From Phycisphaerae bacterium (lineage in GTDB: Bacteria > Planctomycetota > Phycisphaerae > UBA1845), in contig JAJDDW010000014.1 of NCBI GenBank assembly GCA_029260115.1, positions 10,069 through 74,068 of the forward strand: DNA of 64,000 nt, in the 5' to 3' direction. Each line of letters starts with the position of its first letter. Position 1 is the stretch's first letter. The translations under genes and the position numbers were made by a program. A model generated the notes under the pieces. That model saw only the letters and a program-made list of their open reading frames with translations. It did not search any database and was not told where the DNA came from. Of the stretch, positions 32,850-40,644 are shown in pieces.

Positions 32850-33704
32850 ATGTCTTTCGTTCTAGCCTATATCAACCTAGAGACATCGCTCAAGGAACTT
32901 TTCAACCTGACCCCCACTATAGCAGCCACCATTGTTGGCATGTACATCTTGATGGGAATCGTCGAGTACTTCACTCCGGCAGAAAAGGGGCATAGCTGGT
33001 CCGGGCGTTTTCGTAATTTCACTTATACGTTGGTATTTTTGTACGTTGGCAACTTACTGATAGTTTGGCTCATTGGAAATAAGCCCTTATTCCAGCCGCG
33101 TTTATACAAGCACGACTTCCCAATCTTCTATGCCTTAGCTTACATCTTCGTCTCGGATTTTCTATTTTACTGGTATCACCGCGCTCAACACCGCTGGCCA
33201 ATTCTCTGGCGCGTACACGAACTGCACCATAGCGACTCAGAGATGAATATTACGACCAGCTTACGCACGCACTGGCTTGATAAGCTCATTTTACAATGCG
33301 TCGTGACTTTACCGACGCTCTTTATCCTTGGCTATGATATCCGAGCGCTCTATTGGTGGGCAATCCTTGGCTACGCTTGGGAAATGTTCACCCACGCCAA
33401 CATCAACTTCTTTATCCATCCAGTAGCCACCGTCATATGCAATCCCAGCATCCATCGCATGCACCACTCACGCCTACCGCAACACCACCATTGTAATTTC
33501 GCCCAATACTTCACATGCATTGATATGATATTTGGCACTTACATTGCACCAAAACGAGAAGCGATACCACCGACGGGAACAGATTCGATTCCGTCGGATT
33601 ATTCAGTATTCATGAGTCTGTTCCGCCCCTTTGGAAGGCACAAAGCGGTGGTACAGGCTCAGCCTAATCGTCGATCAAAAATATCTAAACGCCGTTCCAG
33701 GTAA
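32850..33704 (+). CDS. Fatty acid hydroxylase / sterol desaturase superfamily membrane enzyme
   Basis: Histidine boxes HRAQHRWPILWRVHELHHS, HANINFFIH and HRMHHS in a polytopic membrane protein. Confidence 0.8.
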   Translation: MSFVLAYINLETSLKELFNLTPTIAATIVGMYILMGIVEYFTPAEKGHSWSGRFRNFTYTLVFLYVGNLLIVWLIGNKPLFQPRLYKHDFPIFYALAYIFVSDFLFYWYHRAQHRWPILWRVHELHHSDSEMNITTSLRTHWLDKLILQCVVTLPTLFILGYDIRALYWWAILGYAWEMFTHANINFFIHPVATVICNPSIHRMHHSRLPQHHHCNFAQYFTCIDMIFGTYIAPKREAIPPTGTDSIPSDYSVFMSLFRPFGRHKAVVQAQPNRRSKISKRRSR

Positions 33705-33840
33705 AATTTGGTTTCTGAGCCAGCTATTAGACGAATCGCACTATTTCGCTATATTAGCCGCAGTTCACATTAGTTAGGGCCCATACACTTTCGTCCATGA
33801 ATACGGTCAACCGATTCATCATTACGAAGGAATCATAGCC

Positions 33841-35838
33841 ATGTCCAAAGATCAAAGCCACGAATCCAAGTATCCCCTCAGGACGCCACAGAATGAAGCG
33901 GATATAGAAACTGAGACCTATGAACCCAAAATTACCATCACTGATACCAGAACGGTGATTGGGAAATATCATGTCAAACGAATCATAGCAAGTGGCGGTA
34001 TGGGTACGATCTATGAAGCCACACAGGAACAGCCTCGGCGGACTGTCGCCGTTAAGGTAATGAAGCATGGCATCACCTCTCGCTCAGCGCTTCGTCGTTT
34101 TGAGCATGAATCCCAAGTCCTCGCCCGCCTCAAACACATTGGCATCGCGCAAATTTACGAAGCCGGTACGCATGTGGATAGTCATGGAACCATGCCCTAC
34201 TTCGCAATGGAGTACATCCCCAATGCCAAACCGATTACTAAATATGTCAAAGACAACAACCTCGGAACCCGCGAACGCATGATGCTCTTCACCCAGGTTT
34301 GCGAAGCGGTGCAGCATGGGCACAATAAAGGCATCATCCATCGCGACCTGAAACCATCGAACATTCTTGTAGACTCATCCAGGCAAATAAAAATTATCGA
34401 CTTTGGGATTGCACGTTCGACCGACTCAGACATGGCTATTACAACTCTACAAACTGATGTAGGACAACTGATCGGAACACTACAATATATGTCACCCGAA
34501 CAATGCGAAGCTGATCCTCACGACATTGACACACGAAGCGACGTATACGCCTTGGGAGTCGTCTACTATGAAATTATGACGGACCAGTTACCTTACGATC
34601 TCAGTCGAAAAGCCATTCACGAAGCCACGCGTGTCATTCGCGAAGACCCGCCCACGCCAATTAGCTCTATCAATCGAACACTACGCGGCGATGTAGAAAC
34701 TATCGCGCTAAAAGCACTGACCAAAGATCGTATGCACCGCTATCAATCAGCTTCTGATTTTGGCGAAGACATTTTATGCTATTTGGATCATAGACCTATC
34801 AAAGCTCGCCCGCTAAATCCCATGTATCAACTGGGCAAATTCGTAAGGCGGCGGCGCGTCCCTGTCACGTTATCGTTGATTATACTATTGGCTTTGAGTT
34901 TCGTAGTTTATCAGCAATACCAAGCCAGTTGGACAGATGCGATGATGCGAACGCGCAAGAATGCATACGATGTTTTTTACGCAGCACAGCCTGACGGAAT
35001 ACTTCGGAATCCTAAGAAAATCATTGACGATTGCACGCGCGCTATCACGATGGACCCGACATTAGCCGTAGCCTACGCCCTTCGCGCCAAGGCCTACACG
35101 CTAGATGGCAATAACGACGCCGCGTGGCTGGATTGCCAGAAAGCCGTGGAACTGGACCCTGAAAATGCACTCGTTCAACGGACGCTGGGTTACTTACACC
35201 TCGAACGCAACGAGATTGAATTATCAAAAAAAGCTTACGATCGCGGTTTTCAACAGTTTATTTTGTACACTGACATACCCAGAGACCTACACAACGTGGC
35301 TCGAGTAAACGCAATCCTTGGCGACTATGAACAGGCGTTGATATTTCATGACGGCGCTATCGCTTTTGCTCCCAATAGTTTACGGGCATTAATCAGCCGA
35401 GCACTGACGCATCGATTCGCAGGCCATGTTGATGAAGCCATCAAAGAACTCAATCATTTAATTCAAGTCGATCAAAAAAAGGAGTGGGCGTCGCAAGCGA
35501 AACTATGGATTTGGGAAATGCGGATGATGCGCCAATCGCCAGAAGATCAGGCGTTAGCGAGCCAGGAATTGATAACGGCCGAGAAATTCGCTGGCGATCC
35601 GTTCACCCGAGCCGTAATTGATATGGTTAAAGGCTCGCAGCAAAACGTAAAAGCATTTATGGCTACGTCCCAACCCAATATGCGTTGTTGCGCGTACTAC
35701 TACCTCGGAGCGAAGGCGCAAGCGGACGGACACACAAAGAAAGCCGATGCCTTTTTCCAAGAATGCCAAAAGACAAACATGCAAGGGCTTCCAGAATACG
35801 AACTAGCCAGGTGGCATCTATCGACCGCGGAAAAATAG
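33841..35838 (+). CDS. Serine/threonine protein kinase with TM segment and C-terminal TPR domain
   Basis: VAVKVMK, HRDLKPSNILV, DFGIA and SPEQ define a Hanks-type kinase. A TM helix (PVTLSLIILLALSFVVY) and TPR-like repeats follow. Confidence 0.88.
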   Translation: MSKDQSHESKYPLRTPQNEADIETETYEPKITITDTRTVIGKYHVKRIIASGGMGTIYEATQEQPRRTVAVKVMKHGITSRSALRRFEHESQVLARLKHIGIAQIYEAGTHVDSHGTMPYFAMEYIPNAKPITKYVKDNNLGTRERMMLFTQVCEAVQHGHNKGIIHRDLKPSNILVDSSRQIKIIDFGIARSTDSDMAITTLQTDVGQLIGTLQYMSPEQCEADPHDIDTRSDVYALGVVYYEIMTDQLPYDLSRKAIHEATRVIREDPPTPISSINRTLRGDVETIALKALTKDRMHRYQSASDFGEDILCYLDHRPIKARPLNPMYQLGKFVRRRRVPVTLSLIILLALSFVVYQQYQASWTDAMMRTRKNAYDVFYAAQPDGILRNPKKIIDDCTRAITMDPTLAVAYALRAKAYTLDGNNDAAWLDCQKAVELDPENALVQRTLGYLHLERNEIELSKKAYDRGFQQFILYTDIPRDLHNVARVNAILGDYEQALIFHDGAIAFAPNSLRALISRALTHRFAGHVDEAIKELNHLIQVDQKKEWASQAKLWIWEMRMMRQSPEDQALASQELITAEKFAGDPFTRAVIDMVKGSQQNVKAFMATSQPNMRCCAYYYLGAKAQADGHTKKADAFFQECQKTNMQGLPEYELARWHLSTAEK

Positions 35839-35857
35839 CGCAAGACAGAAATTTCCG

Positions 35858-36268
35858 TTATGGATAGCTACTGGTAACGAATAAATTTTTGAAAATCTGC
35901 ACCGTCTGTCCCGGTACTAAATGTACATATTTGTTACGGTTAATATAGAACGTATGAATATAAGTGAAATCACAATCAGCATTGGGTGATGTGAATTTGA
36001 TTATGTTTTTGTTACATACCAACTTGAAGGGCCATCTATTACCCCACTCTCTTGTCAATTCAGCAGCGACTATCTCGTCCACCACGCCAAGATCAAATCT
36101 AAAAGAAAACGGTTCTGTTTGATATCTACGTTCCTCTCTTTCTGGAATACAAAAACATCTATATGCTATGCTATGCTTAACTCCTTTTTTCTTCCCTCTC
36201 AATGTGAATGGCACATCACCTTTCCAAGTGATTGTATCGCCCATTCCCTTATTATTTTTCTTGGCCAT
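35858..36268 (-). CDS. Orphan hypothetical protein in AT-rich islet
   Basis: 136-aa ORF with no recognisable motif. It lies in a roughly 650-bp segment of clearly lower GC than its flanks. Confidence 0.35.
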   Translation of the reverse strand: MAKKNNKGMGDTITWKGDVPFTLRGKKKGVKHSIAYRCFCIPEREERRYQTEPFSFRFDLGVVDEIVAAELTREWGNRWPFKLVCNKNIIKFTSPNADCDFTYIHTFYINRNKYVHLVPGQTVQIFKNLFVTSSYP

Positions 36269-36494
36269 CGCTACAACTCATTCTTAATCCCGGACCTTTT
36301 GATGTAATGCTAGTCAGCTCAACAAGCCTTATCAACGTGCGCTTTGTAATTTGTTGCGATGAGTAAGTTCGAGTATAATTACTTGATGAAATAGGAAGAC
36401 ATTCGGCTACGCTGTCGGTCAACCTAATATAACTAAAGGTAAAAAATACTCGTTTTGGCATCATAGAAGATACCAGAAAAATTTTCAGAGGAAA

Positions 36495-36878
36495 ATGCAA
36501 ATCATGAAAAAAGGTAAAAACGTATTAGGCACTGATCTTGTGTGCTGTTGCACAAATCCCATGACAGGCTTCTACCGCACCGGATATTGCGAAACAGGCG
36601 GCGAAGATGAGGGGCTGCACATTGTTTGCACACTGGTCAGCGAAGAATTTTTGGCTTTTAGCCAAGCGGTGGGCAACGACCTCTCCACGCCTATGCCCGG
36701 CGGCGGATTCCCCGGCCTAAAACCTGGTGACAGGTGGTGCCTCTGCGTCGAAAGATGGCAGCAAGCCTTAGCCGCAGGTGCTGCGCCGCAGGTTATTCTG
36801 GAGGCAACACACATGTCGACACTGGAATTCGTATCGCTCGAACAGTTACAAGCACACGCCGTCCCAGCGGAGCAGTAG
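36495..36878 (+). CDS. DUF2237 family protein
   Basis: GTDLVCCCTNPMTGFYRTGYCETGGEDEGLHIVC…GNDLSTPMPGGGFPGLKPGDRWCLCVERWQ matches the conserved DUF2237 core. Confidence 0.75.
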   Translation: MQIMKKGKNVLGTDLVCCCTNPMTGFYRTGYCETGGEDEGLHIVCTLVSEEFLAFSQAVGNDLSTPMPGGGFPGLKPGDRWCLCVERWQQALAAGAAPQVILEATHMSTLEFVSLEQLQAHAVPAEQ

Positions 36879-37103
36879 GCTTACGGGCATCGCATTTTCC
36901 AAAACTGCCTAGAGCAAGCTCTATTATTATGTAGCGGTACAATCGTGGTTTTCCGAAAGATGGCCGCAACAATGCGATACACAATAACGAAGGATACTAG
37001 ACTCCCTAAAAAAAAGCCGCCGCCAAGCTCGATGAGTTGACGACGGCTCGCTAGGATTTTTGATTGGCCGCATCGCTACAGCGTCACAGTTCTCGGGCTG
37101 CTA

Positions 37104-38579
37104 CTACTTTTCGTAACGCGCTTTGAACTGCTTCGCGGCGTCTTTTCGCTTGGCGGCTTCAGCCGGGTCCATTTTATTTATGTACCAGCGGTGGTTGTCG
37201 CTATTGAGCACTTCGTCGAGCTTACTAGCGAGTTTCTCAGCCGCAGCGATTTTAGACTCATCGCCGCTGTGTTTGCCGCGTTCGACAAGTTCTTCGAGTT
37301 CGGGAATCATTTCGGTATAGAAGTTTTTCGCTACTTCATACATGCCATGCCAATGCGTATAGTCTGGTCCCATCATGGAAGCCCCATGTCGCGCACGACG
37401 GCCTTCGTGATGCCAAATTTCAAACCACACAAAGTCAAGCTTATTACCAAAAGGTACAGGTCGCATGATAGGCTTGGCTAATTCCATTAAGGCAAGACCA
37501 GGCTTGGCAAACTTTTCGTGATAGAGCTCGATTAGCCCATCATATTGCACGTAGAAATTGTCTACCCATTGTGTATCGTGACAGTTAAGGCAAACATTTT
37601 GCATGTTCTCGCGTCGTTTTTGCCAAGGGACGTCTGCACCGGGTAGGCCTAGTTTAGCATCTGAGGTTTCTGGCCTGATCGATACGGGCGGGCGATTGTT
37701 CCAACTGATACGCATGCCAACGTCGTGGGTGACTGGCATATCTTTCGTCGCACTCATATGGCAAGTCGCACAGGTCGGTGCTAGAAAATAGTCTTCGCCA
37801 ACAACCCACTTCGGGCTACCCATATTTAGCTTGTCTTTGTGAGCCACATAAGCGATGCCATGTTTGGATTCGTAATAAATCTCTTTCTGCGGATGGTCTG
37901 GACCCATATGACACTTACCACAGTTGTCTGGCTCGCGTGCCTGCTGTACGGAAAACGTATGCCGACTATGACAGGCGGAGCATGATCCTTCCGAACCATC
38001 GGGGTTGATTCGGCCAATGCCCGTGTTGGGCCAGGTGGCGGGGTCAAGCCTGCCGTCTTCCAATACTTTCACCAGAGAACCATGACACTGCCAACAGCCA
38101 GTAACCGCTGCGGCGGAGTTACCTTCTGGAAAACCTTCGGTCACAAATCCGTTATTACCCTCGACGACCTCAGCTAGGCGATTATCTAAGGAGCCGAGGA
38201 TACGGGCAGCTTTGGAGTGGTGAGAGGCGGAAAACTGAGCCGTCTCGGATGGATGACACTGCGCACAATCTTTCGGGGAAACGATAATGGCGATATGCGT
38301 ATCAAAATGCTCGAAAGCATCCACGTCGTTTTCGTTAGCTTTATGACATTCGTAACAGCCCACGTTTGCTCGATAATGCAAACTTGAGCCCCATTGGCTA
38401 TGAATGCCAGGGTCGCTTTCTTTATGACATTTTATACACGCCTTGCTCTGCTCAGAAAGCTCCGGTAGCGTGGTCGGCCCAGCCAATGCGACCGCCGCAA
38501 ACATACCGATATGCAAACCAATTCCTACAAGTATCCCACGTACCATCGTGAATTCTCCCTTAGTTACAAAGCGGCGCAT
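37104..38579 (-). CDS. Octaheme c-type cytochrome, hydroxylamine oxidoreductase (HAO)-like family
   Basis: Signal peptide plus eight CxxCH motifs (CIKCH, CYECH, CAQCH, CWQCH, CSACH, CGKCH, CATCH, CLNCH) with HAO-like spacing, and a C-terminal helical domain. The start is more likely the Met at 38546 (MVRGILVG…). Confidence 0.8.
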   Translation of the reverse strand: MRRFVTKGEFTMVRGILVGIGLHIGMFAAVALAGPTTLPELSEQSKACIKCHKESDPGIHSQWGSSLHYRANVGCYECHKANENDVDAFEHFDTHIAIIVSPKDCAQCHPSETAQFSASHHSKAARILGSLDNRLAEVVEGNNGFVTEGFPEGNSAAAVTGCWQCHGSLVKVLEDGRLDPATWPNTGIGRINPDGSEGSCSACHSRHTFSVQQAREPDNCGKCHMGPDHPQKEIYYESKHGIAYVAHKDKLNMGSPKWVVGEDYFLAPTCATCHMSATKDMPVTHDVGMRISWNNRPPVSIRPETSDAKLGLPGADVPWQKRRENMQNVCLNCHDTQWVDNFYVQYDGLIELYHEKFAKPGLALMELAKPIMRPVPFGNKLDFVWFEIWHHEGRRARHGASMMGPDYTHWHGMYEVAKNFYTEMIPELEELVERGKHSGDESKIAAAEKLASKLDEVLNSDNHRWYINKMDPAEAAKRKDAAKQFKARYEK

Positions 38580-38756
38580 CTAATGATGCTCCCAATCAGT
38601 AGCTACAACAGTTCCCCAGCCGACTCCTAATCCGTCAGCGCAGACAGCATACCACGGTTTAATTTATGGGACACCTTCGCCGAAAGATTTTCTTATTTGT
38701 GGTAATTCAGTAGATTTTTAGTCAAATGGCATGAGATTGCGCTGGCATGCCTTGAG

Positions 38757-39545
38757 CTAGCGTGGATTCTTTTCGGCGGTATTGCCTGTGCGTTCATACC
38801 AATAGGATAAACCGTCCGGTCGCGTCATTCCTTTTTGGCCAAGCCAGAAAAGGCGTAAAAAAACCCGTGTCGTCGCCCAGCAGCCATGCGAGATAGTTTT
38901 TCGGCCTGAAGTAATCACCGGCGTCTTAAGAATGACAAAACGTCCGACAGATTTCAAAGCCTGGCTAAGAACTAGCTCCTCTCCGACATAATACGATTCA
39001 TCAAACCCACCGACGGATTCAAATGCTTCTCGTTTAACAAAAATAAAGCATCCTGCTGCCCACCCGAATCTAGGTGATAAAAAATTCCATAGCCAACCGA
39101 TGGCGCTGGCCCACCAAGGCACCTTACAGTCAAAACTAACAGCAGCCCCGCCGCCAATCGTGTCAATCGTTAAGCTATTCATAGCCGTGCTTAGTGTTTG
39201 CTCGGGCAACATCGTGTCAGCATCCACAAATACCAACGTACCTCCCTTGGCGGCTTTTGCTCCCGCGTTTCGAACACCGCCAATGCGTCGCAGACAAACA
39301 GACACGACACGAGCACCGCATCGCTCAGCCATGGACGCAGTATCGTCGGACGAGTCGTCATTAACAACAATGATTTCATACGGCCTCTCCAGCGCTTTCG
39401 CGGCCGCGTGGATATGTGTGAGTGTCTGCTCGATGAACTCGGATTCGTTATGAGCAGGAACCACAAAGCTAATCATGTCGATATCAACATCAGGCTCACG
39501 AGTTGCGTCAGTTTCAATATTATGAGAACTCGTTTTATTCATCAT
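38757..39545 (-). CDS. Family 2 glycosyltransferase
   Basis: VVPAHNESEFI…IIVVNDDSSDDT…VFVDADT, GT-A fold with DxD. Confidence 0.8.
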   Translation of the reverse strand: MMNKTSSHNIETDATREPDVDIDMISFVVPAHNESEFIEQTLTHIHAAAKALERPYEIIVVNDDSSDDTASMAERCGARVVSVCLRRIGGVRNAGAKAAKGGTLVFVDADTMLPEQTLSTAMNSLTIDTIGGGAAVSFDCKVPWWASAIGWLWNFLSPRFGWAAGCFIFVKREAFESVGGFDESYYVGEELVLSQALKSVGRFVILKTPVITSGRKTISHGCWATTRVFLRLFWLGQKGMTRPDGLSYWYERTGNTAEKNPR

Positions 39546-39966
39546 GGCTCATACGTTGTGATCGTTGGTTTTTTATTTCGCCACGCTTCTTCTTGTCGGT
39601 TAATCTACGCTTCTTAGCCCCTGCGGATGGTTTAGTCGCAATGCGTTTCTTTTGTCTCGCCGTTACCTGCTGAAGCAATTCGACGAGTCTATCCATAGCG
39701 ATTACCCGGTTTCTAGCCTGGCTACGATGCACCTGACAGGATACCCGTAATCGGCCATCATGCGATAGGCGGGTATGTAATAAGGTACGAATACGACGGT
39801 TTTCCCAGGCAGTTACGAAATCGCACGCGTTGAAATCAAACAAAATGGTCACACGCGTTTCAACCTTGTTCACATGCTGACCGCCAGGCCCTGACGATCG
39901 TGCGTATTTCGCCTCTACCCAAGGGTCTAATGATAATGGTGTCCATTTTGACATAGTATGTCTCAC
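39535..39966 (-). CDS. arfB: Alternative ribosome-rescue factor ArfB (peptidyl-tRNA hydrolase, RF-1 domain with GGQ)
   Basis: 143 aa. SSGPGGQHVNKVETRVTILFD is followed by a basic C-terminal tail (KKRRLTDKKKRGEIKNQR). Confidence 0.85.
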   Translation of the reverse strand: MRHTMSKWTPLSLDPWVEAKYARSSGPGGQHVNKVETRVTILFDFNACDFVTAWENRRIRTLLHTRLSHDGRLRVSCQVHRSQARNRVIAMDRLVELLQQVTARQKKRIATKPSAGAKKRRLTDKKKRGEIKNQRSQRMSHDE

Positions 39967-39987
39967 GAATCTTCAAACAAATCTCCG

Positions 39988-40644
39988 TTACGGCTTATCC
40001 ATTACGGCGGTTGGCCAGGTTGAGGGGTCAATGTGCCAGTTGAGGTCGTCGCCAATAGTGACATGCTGCTGTCCCAATTCTCGATCCTCCAACATATAGT
40101 ATAGGCCAATGCGATTATGCTGCGATGGATCAAAACTCGATAAGCACGCAGCTGGAATGATCGCTTCTATCGAATAACCCGTTTTGCAAATTGACGAGGC
40201 TATTTCAATTCTATCATTGGAAATCGAAGGCGCTTGATCTTTAGCGCGCTTGATCATTGCGGTGCCAGCGACGGGTTTATTTTTTGCACCCCCACCTGCC
40301 GGCAGAAAGTAGAACTGTTGGCAATACTTCGTGGCTCGTCTATTCGCCCGCCCATCGCGCATATCGGTACATACGCGCAGATTGTCGCCCGCCCAATATC
40401 GCTTAGGGTCACAGACCGGCGCACGTTTTTTCCCTTCGACACAACACGCCACGGCTAATCCTTCTTCATGCCAACAGGCCCAGACTTTTCCAAAATCAGT
40501 TTGACCATCTAGCTGGCTCAGCGTTGGCAGAAGATACGCGTCGGTCCAATCTTGCAGTTTCCCGGTGAGCCGCGGTAGCTTACTGCGATACACAAGTGGA
40601 AACTCAAAATCGAACAGAAAGCGGTTCGGGATCAAAGTTGTCAT
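39988..40644 (-). CDS. Hypothetical cytoplasmic protein translationally coupled to the uvrA fusion gene
   Basis: An ATG at 40644 overlaps the TGA stop of the upstream ORF (ATGA), which favours the Met-17 start over the longer 40692 start. No recognisable domain. Confidence 0.55.
   Translation of the reverse strand: MTTLIPNRFLFDFEFPLVYRSKLPRLTGKLQDWTDAYLLPTLSQLDGQTDFGKVWACWHEEGLAVACCVEGKKRAPVCDPKRYWAGDNLRVCTDMRDGRANRRATKYCQQFYFLPAGGGAKNKPVAGTAMIKRAKDQAPSISNDRIEIASSICKTGYSIEAIIPAACLSSFDPSQHNRIGLYYMLEDRELGQQHVTIGDDLNWHIDPSTWPTAVMDKP

Noticed and set aside
36252-36500. 82-aa minus-strand ORF in the AT-rich islet
   Set aside because: No start context or motif. It overlaps the likely promoter region of the DUF2237 gene. 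AT-rich DNA commonly yields spurious ORFs.
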